Made by a program: the position numbers and the translations under genes. 64,000 nucleotides of DNA, from contig OX597838.1 of the NCBI GenBank assembly GCA_951406725.2, forward strand, positions 496,001 to 560,000, given 5' to 3'. The first letter of the stretch is position 1, and every line of letters starts with the position of its first letter. Shown in pieces: positions 11,881 to 23,978 of this stretch. Origin of the DNA: Octopus vulgaris. Taxonomy: Eukaryota. The notes below the pieces were generated by a model. The model had not been told where the DNA came from. It saw only the letters and a list, made by a program, of their open reading frames with translations, and did no database searches.

Positions 11881-12662
11881 CTGGAAGCAAACAAGACTCG
11901 GTGAGAGTGCCATAAGAAATAACGAACGTCAGAAAGTGTGGAGGTGGGTTCACACCTGAACCGATATCTCTAATAGCGTTCCTGTTAGTGAGAACAAGCA
12001 GCATATATCTAAGGCTTCGGAGATTTAGCAACTATTTAGCCCTACACCAGCACTGATCAAGCAGAATAAGGATGGAAAGCGTGCCAGTCGGGACCATCCC
12101 TCCCCTTTTTGGTATATTCATAAGTATTGTTCAATGTGTCCCCTTTTTTTAAGATGGTGAGAAGTGATTTAAAGGACATTCGGTTGTTGTTTTTAAAAAT
12201 CGAACGATCGCGTCGAGGTCCCTCGAAGAGCTGTTAACTAGGGGCAGTGTTTCTCATAGAGTGAGTTCGGGTTAGGGCTAAAAAGAGAGGGGACCAATTG
12301 CTAGGTTTTATAAAAGGGTTTAAATTTATTCAACACAATGGCGAAGGGGGAAGGATTATATGGATGGAAATCACAGGTGAGATGTAATAAAAAAATTCCA
12401 CACACACACACACATATATATATAGAGAGAGAGATAGATATATATATATATATATATAGAGAGAGATAGATAGTGACATTGCTGTGAGCTGGTATTCGTC
12501 AGTTTGAGAACGGCTGAATTCGCGAGTGTATGTAATTAGGAGACATTTAAGACAAACCCTTCTGGGTGCGAATGGAATGATGTCCATCTCTCATGTTCTC
12601 CTGTATTTACGATACTACCAAATATTTCGACATTACGCAGAAATACGATAATTATTATTTAC

Positions 12663-12968
12663 CTCCGTGAGAAACACGGCAACAGATTGTCCGACACAAA
12701 AGGGGTTGATCTCGTCCATCAATTTGTTTAACCTTGCATTGGACTCCATTGGTTGCTTCTCATCCACTGGGAACTGCATGAGACGGTGGAAGATGTCCAG
12801 GAAATCGGGCCTAGAACATTGCGACGTATTGTTGCTGTGTGATATAAGGTCTGTTCTCATGGAACCATGATCTAGTTGTGACTTGTTACTCTGCAGTCCC
12901 AGATTGTCTCTGATCGAACCAGGGTCCACTTGGGACATATTGCTGTTGTCAGCTGTTGCGGCTGACAT
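12663..12968 (-). CDS. HEATR6: HEATR6 coding exon 1 (start codon)
   Basis: ATG at 12968 (context aaaATGT); 306 nt to GAG|gtaaat donor; phase 0 into exon 2. Confidence 0.8.
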
Positions 12969-13589
12969 TTTGATTCATTGAAGAGGTTGTCAAGTACGCC
13001 AACTGGAAACCTATTCGCAGCCTTAGTTACGTATTTTACTTATCAGAAATCGGGCGAAATAAATTTAATTATTTCTACTTAACATTTTATTGCCCCATGC
13101 ATTAAGTATATTAAAATTTTAGCTGTCCTTAATGCCTTACAGATTTAAACTGAAATTACAATTTTGTCCTCCGTTCTTCCAGGACCTTTAAATTAAACAC
13201 CACCCCTCAGGTACCGGGCTCCAGGTACTCATTTACACTGCTCACTTCCACCAATTTAAGGCTTTGTTATACATCAATATAAAACACCCTAGATTAGAAT
13301 GGAATTATAATAGGATTATTGTTCGATGGATTCGGTCAAATTAAAACAGAACCCTCGGAGAATTTCACTATGATAAAAGGTTGACGATACAATCATACGA
13401 CCAGAGCTGTCTGGCCAAGAATAATATATTAATATTATAAATTTAAATATAGTAAATAAAGGTGACCATTATAATAAAAAAAATAATAATGAAATTATTG
13501 TATACAGTGCTCAGGTGCACCACAATTATGTAACTGTAAGTTTCAAGTTGGAAAAAAAATCTATCACTAGATATTCTAAAACAGCGAAC

Positions 13590-13753
13590 CTTCCGTATAT
13601 GTACCGGTGTAAGTACCCGAAGTAGCGGATACATTTCCAAAAAGAGTTTTTTTTTAATATATGGGGGGTTAGGGCTAGGGTTAGGTGTGGGAGAAAAGGG
13701 TTTCTGTTATCTTCAGAAATGTAAACAAAGTTACGTGTGTACATATACCGAAG
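13590..13753. mobile_element. Small element with inverted repeats and telomere-like (TTAGGG) tract, Helentron/HINE-like
   Basis: cttccgtatatgtac (13590-13604) vs gtacatataccgaag (13739-13753); ggggggttagggctagggttagg at 13663-13685. Confidence 0.45.
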
Positions 13754-15106
13754 CATCGCCTCTAAAACTAATATTAAACATTACTAATCTAATATTTCAT
13801 TAAAATAAATCCCTTCTAAAAGCTCCAGGAGCGCAGACCTACGAAGAGACATAACTGATGCAGCAGCATGTGTGTGGACAGCCGCCGCATATATTGCTGA
13901 AACTGCTTCTTCGTTATTCCTTTTCTATAGTACGATTGATATTTGCATAAGTCCCACCATACAGTTTCTATTATATGAGATGTATAATTAAAATTACTGA
14001 GTTACTTTTTTAATCGCATAAAATCACGCAGTTAGACCCAAGTATTACTGGGGATCATTTCATTATACCGCTTTACCTATCAGTCTCTATATTCACAAGG
14101 TACAGTTTGATTATTCACCGCTGTCATGGTAGCAATGACACTGACCACTGTTCTTGGTCAGTTGAAAAGTTTCATAGTTTATTGTCAAACTCTTCATTTC
14201 TAAATGCACATCATCTCTCTCTGTTTCTCTCCTGTTTCTATATAACTGTGACCATCATGTACCGATGTATACGAAATTTCCCGCACACTACAAGTTAAAT
14301 TATCAATAAGTTGTGTAAGTGTTTTCTTAACTTTGTTAAATTATTATTATGTATGCTGTGAGGAGATGAGCGAGAAGTAGGTCTATTTTCGAAGAAATTA
14401 GAGACAGGGTCCTGTTTAAAACGTCTGAATTTACCACTTATTTCACTCACAAATTTTTCTTGGTTTACAAAATTTGATGCCCTCTCTTTTCGCATTCTAC
14501 ATCCTTTTCTCTTCTGTATCTAAATTGTTATATTTTACTCCGATCAGATTCTACCTCGAGTAGAATTTTGGTAACTATCGATATTTCCTGATTGTCATAG
14601 ATTTATTGGGTAACGACTAAATTTTATCCCACTTTGTTTTCAGTTCAATCTGCAAGAATAATTTTGTCGTTCACTCAATCCTAGATATAAACGAAAATGA
14701 TTACAAGACTATAATCTCCCTTGTCCAAAATGTGTCTGGTGTCACTTCGTTCAAAATCGCGGAGTGGTTCTTCAAATAAAATTTTATATTTTACAATTGT
14801 TTCATTTATTTGAAGAAATAAATCTATTTACTTCCAGCGGGAAAATATTCGAAACTAGAGTATATCCAAAACAAAGAACGTCTCTGCAAATGGAAACGAA
14901 ACGAAAAATTAATCGCGTTTCTCTTTTTTGTATGGCAATTGTCATAAGTTACAGTTGGATAAATAATCGTATCAAATAGCTATATAACGTTGCATATAGA
15001 TTTGTTATCTTAACTTTTGTTTGTCCCTTTTAGTTTGTTTTTTACTGTGTGAAGGCCTCTTTCACCTGAATATCTACACCCACAGCACGTGACATAAGGC
15101 TGACAT

Positions 15107-15289
15107 AAGGCTTGGCGGCATTTCGCCTGTTTTTACGTTCTGAGTTCAAATAGCGCCGAGGCCGACTTTGCCTTTCATCCTGTTGCGGTCAATAAAATGA
15201 GTTCCAGTTGAGCAGTGGGGTTGATGTAATCGACTAACCCCAAATCCTACCCAGAAAAAATTTCAGACCTTGTGCTTATAGTAGAAAGG
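15107..15289 (+). mobile_element. SINE family A, 5'-truncated
   Basis: gcttggcggcatttcg...gagttcaaat...gactttgcctttcatcc...ttgtgcttatagtagaaagg. Confidence 0.8.
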
Positions 15290-15843
15290 ATATATGTCAT
15301 ATATTCGGTACACGACATAAAACAACTTGGGTGTGAAACATATAATACAAATTCTGAGCCTTTTTTGCTTCCTTCCTTCCAATTTATAACTTGTCGTGGC
15401 CAGAGGGTAACATAACGAGTATTAGTTTCTCTCATCTTAATTTCGATTCTCAATAAAATAAGAACTTGTTATGTACTGAGGTAAATTTAATCAATTAATC
15501 CACCTGTTAATCTGTGACCATGTACCTATGTCACAAACAATTATTAATTACTGCATCAGACAAAAATACTTATTCGTATTTTCCCAACTCTTTATGGTTT
15601 GAGTTCAAAGCCTGTTGGAGTCAAATTTGCCTTTCATTCTTTCGGGTGTCGATAAAATAAAGCATTACTCAAACACTGGGGTCGATATAATCGACTAACT
15701 CCACCCCTCCTAAAAAAAATTGCCTAAATTAGATACAAGTGTCGTTTGAAAATGATTCTATTTTGAAAAATTCAGTGTATTTCTCTTGTAATTTATTTCT
15801 AGCTCCCTGTCTCCTGAAGACCCCACAAGCCTCACCTACAAAT

Positions 15844-16224
15844 ATGTCAGTGGTGACATTACAGCTGGGTCAGTGTGGGAATCAAATAGGGGGTGAATTT
15901 TACAACACCCTGCTACAAGACCTTCACATCAGAAATCCACATGTTTCTCCCCGAGCCAACGAGAACTACATTCAAGAAGCCATTGACCGTTTCTTTGTCG
16001 AATGCAAAACAAAAAGTGGATTGGCTGGTCTTTTAGAAGCTCGGGCCGTCATGGTCGACATGGAACCAAAAGTGATTGTACAGACATGCCAACTAGCCAG
16101 GCGGTCGGGTTTGTGGAGGTATCCAGTTAATCAACAGCTGTGTCATCAGAGAGGATCAGGTAATAACTGGGCCAACGGTTTTCTCTCTTGTGGACCCAAA
16201 GCAAAGGAAACTGTAATGAATATG
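15844..16224 (+). CDS. TUBD1: Tubulin delta chain, coding exon 1
   Basis: MSVVTLQLGQCGNQIG...ARAVMVDMEPKVI...GSGNNWANG; 381 nt; donor ATG|gtgagt. Confidence 0.95.
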
Positions 16225-16883
16225 GTGAGTTGCTTTTCTACCACCCCCTCCCTCTTAACCTATCCACCCAGCCACAAATGGAAAAGTACTCAACATATGA
16301 TGCAGAGTTGATGTGTTTAAAAATTTAATTCTTGTCTCTTAACTATTTTTATTGTCAAACATTTCAATTATCCGATCATGAGATAATGTTAATTCTTAGT
16401 GACAAATATTTTCCCTTCCCTACATGGGTTGGATGATTACACAAATTTCTAGATTTACATTTACTGGAGTCATTGTAGGACCTGTGTTATTGTTGTTGTT
16501 TAACCCTAGATCAGCTCTGATCATGGAAACCAATGATTAAAGACACTTCAGTCATAAGTATCTGTTCTTTTCTAAGTTAGTAGGGTGTGATGTGAAGAAG
16601 ATTTAGTTGTTGTTCCTAGCTGGTTGAGTATTTGCATAGAGACCAATACATTGGCTCATAGCAGCTGTGTCTTTAATAGCGGTGCCCTTTCTCTCACTAT
16701 TAATAAGTCAAACATCTTTTGTTGAAGAATTTGTAGACTGAAAAATGCTTGAACTAGATCGGCATTGAACTTGTATCTTCACAGTCATCTCTTATTGGTC
16801 CCAGTCCACTGCTTTAATCTTTCAATGCGTTCATTTAATCATTTGTACTAAAGATTAAACTTTCTTTTCATTTAAATCTGTAG

Positions 16884-17283
16884 ATTCGAAAAGAGGCCGA
16901 AAAATGCGATTGTCTTGGAGGTTTCCTGTGTCTGATGAGTGTCGCTGGTGGCACAGGTTCTGGTGTCGGTGCTTACCTTACTCGCTGCCTTCGTGATGTC
17001 TACCCAAATGCCTTCATCTTGAACCAAGTGATCTGGCCATATCACACTGGAGAAGTGATTGTCCAGAACTATAATGCACTGTTGACCCTTTCTAATCTTT
17101 ACCAGACATCGGATGGCATCCTGCTCATCAATAATGACCAGCTGCAAGATATCTGCACCCGACGGCTGCACATAAAGCAAGTGACATTTGAGAACATGAA
17201 CTGTGTTGTAGCTGACCAACTGACCAGCCTCCTCCAGCCTGTTTACAAAGCTAACACTGGTAAAACTGTTCACAATTGTCTTG
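16884..17283 (+). CDS. TUBD1: Tubulin delta chain, coding exon 2
   Basis: tgtag|ATT CGA AAA GAG; IRKEAEKCD...MSVAGGTGSG (delta-type tubulin signature)...GEVIVQNYNALLTL; 400 nt; donor G|gtaagc. Confidence 0.95.
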
Positions 17284-17744
17284 GTAAGCATTGACCTTCC
17301 CACTCATCATCCACTGGACTCCTTATTTCACTTTTATCATTAGAATTGCTTTCAGTTACAGTCAAAGTCACCCACTCCCTGTAGCCTGAAGTCTTTCTGG
17401 ATCCACCATAATTAGATTACTTGGTACTATCAATGTTGCCAAATTGTTTTAAAGGATTCCAAAAGACACTTTCCTGAAGCCTTCCCTGACTCCTATTCAA
17501 ATGTCAGGGGTTAAAGATGTTTCTACATCAAATATTTAAACGAGGATAATTTATGTCTTTGTGAATGTTAACAAATATAACAGAAGTTGCACGCGACACA
17601 GCTAGACGATGGCAATATTACCAAGGGAGAAAAATCAACTTGTTATTACCTCCCTTGAGTTACCTTTTTACTAACCAGGCAACTGAGCCGAAAGTGAAAC
17701 AGTGTTTCAGCACTGAACTAGGATTAGACCCTACAACACTGACT

Positions 17745-17885
17745 GCTGTGGTTGAGAGGCTCGCTTTGCAACCACAAGGTCTCGAGTTCAGTCCCACTGC
17801 ATGACACTTTGAGCCTACTAGGGCTGTACCAACTAATTGCCTTGTGAGTGAATTTGGTAGATGGAAACTAAAATAAGCCCATACT
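17745..17885 (+). mobile_element. tRNA-derived SINE (family B)
   Basis: tgtggttgagaggctcgc...gagttcagtcccactgc...ccttgtgagtgaatttggtagatggaaact. Confidence 0.7.
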
Positions 17886-18063
17886 GTTTATATATATATA
17901 TATATTGCTGAAGTAACAGAGTGACTCAAAGTCCAAGAGTTTCGTGCATTCGCACTTATCAAACTAGTTACAAGTCAAAGACCTTTGAGTTTATATCGCT
18001 ATATACATATATGTGTGTGTGTGTGTGTCCGTGTGTGTGTGTACATATATATACATACCTCGC

Positions 18064-18420
18064 CATCATCATCATCATTTAATGTTCATTCTCCATGTTG
18101 GCATGGGCTGGATAGTCTGACAGGTGCTGGTAAACCAGAGGGTTCTTGCAAGTTCCCTTGTCTGTTTTGACATGGCTTCTATGAATGGATGTCTTTTCTA
18201 ATGCAAACCACTTTACAGAGTGTACTGAGAGCTATTATTTATTTATTTATTTTTTTGTGGTACCAGTACCAGCAGAGGTACCAAGTAATGTGGCAAGACA
18301 AAACAAAGTCCCCTTGACTGGCGGGAGTCGTGTTGAGGGAGGTGACTTTGTGCCAGTTGATGAGAAGTTAAAAAGGATAATAGATGGAGAGAGAAAGGTG
18401 TCTTCCAATGGCTGAAACAA
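18064..18420 (-). mobile_element. RTE-type LINE/SINE 3' end
   Basis: (CAT)n tail followed by ...ccatgttggcatggg, inverse of the 3' end at ~10170-10230. Confidence 0.6.
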
Positions 18421-19528
18421 AATACAAGATATTAAGCTGGAACTATCAAATATCTAAACTTGCAGTCTCTTACCAGGTGAGATGCAGGTGAGAGAGAGGT
18501 TGGGTCTGTCAGATACATACAGCAGCACTGCTTTCTCTTTAATGAATCTTGTCTGGTAAAGCATATTGTTTGTGGTGGATGAAGGAAGGAAATATTTAAA
18601 GGATTTCAGAAATGCAAGTCTAAAAGACCTTTCCCTGTGTTGCTGAGAAGAAGTCCTCTTTCTAATATCTGAGAGCTCCCCGTACCCCAGTGCTTTCATG
18701 TATGTGTGCTCTACATGTGGGACAGAAAACTCCTCTCTCAGAGCAGCCTCACCAGCTCCCATCATCCCTAGATATACCAAACCAGACCAGACATGCCAAA
18801 ACTGAGTGATTTCTAATATTGAAGTTTAAACAAGAGGAAAGTGTAAAGAATTGGACACAAATTTGTGGTTTATTGGATCCAGACAAAATGATGGAAATAT
18901 TGGACAAAAATCTGGGATTTATAATCTTAAAAAACTAAAGACAATTCAGTTTAACATACAAAATGTTATTAAACTTGTTCATATTTTTTAAAAAACCCAA
19001 CCCATTATTGTTCTTTCTTTGTGTTGGGCAGTTGGAGTGTCTTGTTGTGGTTGATCAGTTTCTTTGTTGTCCTCATATATTTAGGTGGAAGTGCAGTAAA
19101 GAGTTTGTGTTTGGAACCTTATTGGGATCAACTTTTGAAAATTTTTTATTGATGTGAGGGATTAGGGGATAGTTTAGTTGTTAGAGCAGTTGACTTCACT
19201 GCTGGTCAGATGTCCATTCCTACAACTGACTGATGAACTGTAAAGTAGCGAGTGATGGAATGTGGTTTTATAGCTGGATGGATGTCCTTTCAACCGGCCA
19301 GTCACCACTAAACTGAGAATTAAGGAATGGTGATTATGTAATGTCTGTTCTTTTTTTCATTCGTTTATCAATATTGTACTCTGTGTTGACCTTCTGCTTC
19401 TTTGTATAGAAATCCAGAGCCACACAGCCATGTTGCTGGGACTTAGTAATACTATGAAGTGTAAGAATATTATTGAGTTTTAACAATTTGTTATTGACAC
19501 TTATGTGGCAAAAGATAATTATAAGGTG

Positions 19529-19566
<38 letters not shown>

Positions 19567-19571
<5 letters not shown>

Positions 19572-21035
19572 GGTAGGATGAGTAAATTGTCGCCATTTTA
19601 TATTTTTAATTTTGTGCATGCGGAGTTTGTTTTTGATTTTGTTGACTACACAGTACAGTAGGATCAGTTGGGCACCGTCTGTAAAAAAAATAGCACTATG
19701 ACACAATTCATTCTGTGAGAAATTTAGAAATGGCATGCTGTACTGCTTGGCATTTTTGCTCGAAGCTTCAATACAAACATTTCAGAGTGTTTGGGTGCCA
19801 ATCCTTTCTACTATAGGCACAAGGCCTGAAATTTGGGGATAGTCAATTACATTGACCCCAGTATGCAACTGCTACTTAATTTATCACCCCCACCCCCCAA
19901 AGGATGAAAGGCAAAGTTGATCCCGTCAGAATTCGAATTCACAACGTAGTGGCAGACGAAATACTGCTAAGCCTCCTTGTGTTTGGGTGTGAATCTGAGG
20001 GGAGTGCAGAGGATTTGGAAAGAGTTGGATGTGTCTAATAGTGATTATGAAGGCACAGCAGCTCGGAAAGCACACTCTGATCATTCTGATAAGGAAAGAA
20101 CTTCTGGTGAGATCCAGGCCATGATTGACAATGATGCCTCCAAGTCAATCAGGTCCATCGTCAGGGATATCGGAGTGTCTGAGTTTCTTATCAGGCGAAT
20201 AGTTCATGAAGACATTCAGTATTCCTCATACAATGAATAAAGGGCCAATTTTTTATCCCAACCTATCAAGGACAAGAAGAAAGACTGCACTCTGAAGCTT
20301 TTGAACAAACTCAAGCATCCCCTCTAACATGCTTTGGTTTTTCTCAGATGAGAAGAATTTCTGCCAGGGCCAGATGGTGAACACACAGAACAACCGTCAG
20401 CTTGCCATGTCCCCAAAACATTGAAAGTGATAAAAATCAAACATCCAGTCGACATCATGGTGTTTGGAATGATAACTAGTGATGATGACATTATGCCTCT
20501 ATTCATCTTCTCACATGGTCTCAGACTCAATACAGACACCTACATCAAGTGCCTGGAGGAGGTAGTGCTGCCCTGGGTCAAGAGGGTAGCTGCTGGAAGA
20601 CCCTATGTCTGGCAACAAGACTCTGCACCATGTCACACAAGTAGGAGAACCCAGTCATGGCTGTCAGACAATTTCTGCGACCACATCACACCTAACATCT
20701 AGCCACCTAATTCCCCAGACTGCAACCTCCTTGATTATTATGTGTGGAGCACAGTTGAGTGAGAGACCAACAAAACTCCTTGTAACACCAAAGATGAACT
20801 GATGGCAAAGATTATGGCAGCATTCACCAACTTAAAGGCGACCATCCAGAAGAGTTGCAGGAGATTCCAAAGTCGTCTGTAGGCCTTTGTTGAAGCCAAT
20901 GGTGATTTTATTGAATAAATTTACTCCTTAGTATTTCAAGATATTTTTATGTAATTTTGGTAAATATATCTGTTAAAATGAGATGTCGGTGTTATTTTCA
21001 TTTTTGCATAATTTAGACAATATATTCACCGCACT

Positions 21036-21038
<3 letters not shown>
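19567..21038 (+). mobile_element. Tc1/mariner superfamily transposon, DD37D (maT-type), pseudogenised
   Basis: FSDEKNF...MVFGMITSD...WQQDSAPCH...(stop)PPNSPDCNLLDYYVW; 37 residues between D2 and D3 by manual count; imperfect TIRs cagag..g.tga.ta.attgtc at both ends; stops and frameshifts. Confidence 0.85.
19804..19975 (-). mobile_element. SINE family A nested in the DD37D transposon
   Basis: Reverse copy (ctttctactataggcacaaggcc...aaaggcaaagttga); flanked by gtgtttgggtg..aatc at 19787 and 19979. Confidence 0.8.
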
Positions 21039-21079
<41 letters not shown>

Positions 21080-21189
21080 CAGTTGTCTAACAGAGCTGTT
21101 ATATTTTTAAATATTGTTGAACAGAATATTATTGGTTAAGGCATAAAATTTGAAACTACGTCTGAAAAGTCATCAATAAAGCTGAAGGT

Positions 21190-21480
21190 CAATGGTCGTT
21201 GGGAATTCGTGGACCATGCTGTGTGTTGTCTTCTTGAGCAAGACACTTTATTTCATGTTGCTCCAGTTAACTCAGCTGTAGAAATGAGTTGCAATGTCAC
21301 TGGTGCCAAGCTGCACCAGCCTTTGTTTTTTCCCTTGGATAATATCGGTGGCATGGAGATTAGAGAGACTGGTTTGCATGGGTGACTGTTGGTCTTCTAT
21401 AAACCACCTTGCCTGGACTTTTGCATCAGTGGGGAACTTTCTAGGTGCAACCCCATGGTCATTCATGATCGAAGGAGGTC
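21190..21480 (+). mobile_element. SINE (family C), degenerate
   Basis: Core cttgagcaagacactttatttcatgttgctccagt...cagctgta shared with 28498-28790. Confidence 0.6.
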
Positions 21481-22942
21481 TTTACCTATTAATATGTATG
21501 ATAATGATGCTTATATATATAAAAGATATTCTGCAATTTCCCTCTACCAACTTCTACTCACAGGGTATTGGTCAACCTGAAACTAAGGCAGGACTCAATT
21601 ATCTAAGAGGCTGTGAGTGAGACCAAACCTCAAACAACATTGGTGCTAACCAAACTTCCACTCCACAGCCATTCCTCTTTCCATTCTCTTCCTTGCACAG
21701 CCTCAGATGGACGTCTGTAGTCTTGTATCATCATCATCATCATCTTATTCTCTACATCAAGAGTCAGCAAAGTGGTTAATATAACCTCGTGTTGGGGTTG
21801 TCTGTGTGGTTATGTAAAGGGGTCAATAAAAAGTTTTGAGTATTAAGTTGGCTGAGTTATTAACGGACTGTATCTGGAAAAGCGCAGTGGCTAATCGAAG
21901 GCCAAAACTCACTAATTTCCTGCCAAATATTGATGCAGTCATTCGTATCCACCAAACACATTTTCCACATTAAATATTCAAAACTCTTTCTGTAGAATGC
22001 GACTGAATGTTATTGTTTCCTTTTATCAATTCCGTTTAGTATTTTTCACTCAATTTTAAAATATTTATATAAAATAATAATAATGAAATTATTGTATACA
22101 GTGCTCAGGTGCACCACAACTTGTCAAAAGTGCATATAAAGCATCTGCAGTAAAGTGCAAATGTCCCATTGAAAAGTGGGAATGATTTAAATCAAGAAAT
22201 TCTTTTTATTAATTATACTTTTAAAATTTTATTTTAGAAATGTCTATGAAGGACGCTGGGGTTTGATAAGTTATTAACGATTCCACGAAAGGCTCAATGG
22301 TAGAAGCAGTTTGCCCAGCGTTCGTTTCTAGACCTGAAATTCTAAAAATAGTTCAGGACGCCACCAGAGTTCCTTCCCCTGGTCGTTCGCTCACCATCAC
22401 CGCCCCCTCCACCACACTTTCAATTATTCTCACAGTTAACGACAATAGTTGGTACCTCACCAAAATGTCTGCCTCCCTCTGCCCCTTCCATTCCCACCAC
22501 ATTCTTAGCAGCCATTTTAACGTTTCAAGGTCTGTTATTTTTGGTAACCTCCTTTGTTGGAATGTCACTGCCATTTTGTTATGTAATGGTGGAGAGAGGA
22601 GGGGTGGGGAAGACAGTGGAGAGAAGAGAGGTGGGGGAGATGGTGATGAGAGCAGTGGGAGGCGGGGGGGGACAAGTTGGAGAGAGCTGAACGGGAGGAG
22701 GAGGTGAGAGAGGTTATTTTTTAAAAATCGTTTCTCTTTTTCGCTCCACTGTTCTCTCTCTCCCTCTCTTTTTCTCTCCAGGAGAGTGAGAAATGGTGCA
22801 GTTTGTTGAAGAATCACTGAGATGGATGTGAAATTGCTGGTGAAAGAGTGAGAATAAAGCAGAGAACCATTAGCAGCTTTATTACACCATCCATCAACCA
22901 GTGAGGTCTAGAGTCTAGAACCTTCCTCTCTATTATTATGCT

Positions 22943-23003
<61 letters not shown>

Positions 23004-23624
23004 TAGGGTGGCAGTCGGGGTATCTTGTATGAATGATGTGTGTGAGGGAGGGAAGGGATGTTTTGTCCCAATAAATCCAGATCTAGTTGCTCTGTTGAAC
23101 TGATTGTGTGATTTTGTAGAAGTTCCTTCATTGATTCTTGGTGGTCTGTTGTGTTGTTATTCCATTGTTATCAGGAATGGCCCCAATTAGGGGTCTGTCT
23201 CACACAGAAACTGAATGTCCTAAATTTTCTTGAGAACATTCCTTTCTTAGTGGTAGGACCACAGGGGGTCGACTTCTAGCATAATGGATGCCCACTTAGT
23301 GGTCATCCCTCTTATATATATGTAATATAATTTTTCTAAATCTTCAGATTTTTCTATATGCCAGACCATTGGTTTTAAATTGATATTAATCAAATTAATA
23401 TTCAATCTTTCACCCTAATTATTTTAAATTTAAATAACTATGTTCTCTAACCGGCAAAATTCAATGCAGAGAATTATTTTCTGCAGAATTATTTCCTGTA
23501 TTTTTGCGCATCAAAACAAAGACTTTTGAAGTATAACCCCAAATGTAATTGGTAGAACTATATACATGTTCAATCTCATGTGGACGTTTCATGTATAGTT
23601 CTGCAAATTATATTTTGCTATGAC

Positions 23625-23697
23625 GATCACACTGACGAGTTGCAGACATCTACATAAGTGATTATGTAAGTGGTAACAATGAAACTAGTTTGTGATT
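23625..23697 (+). ncRNA. Candidate minimal type I hammerhead ribozyme (Penelope/retrozyme type)
   Basis: Stem I GATCACA(23625-31)/TGTGATT(23691-97); core CTGACGA(23632-38); stem II GTTG/CAAT with internal TACATAA/TTATGTA hairpin; GAAA(23681-84); palindromic AACTAGTT stem III; cleavage triplet GUU ending 23690. Confidence 0.65.
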
Positions 23698-23757
23698 AAT
23701 CTGTATATATATATATGTATGTATATATATATATATACATATATGTGTATATATATA

Positions 23758-23832
<75 letters not shown>

Positions 23833-23925
23833 GTGTGTGTATGTATCTATGTTTATACTTATATATATGTATGTATGTTTATATATATATGTATGTATGT
23901 TTATATATATATATATAAGTATGTT

Positions 23926-23978
<53 letters not shown>

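Larger units (their letters stand above)
12969..15802. promoter_or_regulatory. Divergent (head-to-head) intergenic/promoter region of HEATR6 and TUBD1; likely contains a TUBD1 non-coding first exon and intron
   Basis: Start codons 2.9 kb apart on opposite strands; the TUBD1 ATG exon is preceded by a splice acceptor (tttatttctag| at 15802), implying an upstream UTR exon; TSSs not located. Confidence 0.55.

Noticed and set aside
13479-13525. ~45-bp sequence identical to 22072-22120 as a shared regulatory element
   Set aside because: More simply explained as the terminus of a dispersed retroelement with an (AAT)n tail
16872-17303. 143-aa minus-strand ORF
   Set aside because: Antisense shadow of TUBD1 exon 2
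22297-22817. Overlapping 136-aa and 154-aa ORFs on both strands
   Set aside because: Low-complexity purine/pyrimidine-rich sequence with no recognisable domain or exon structure
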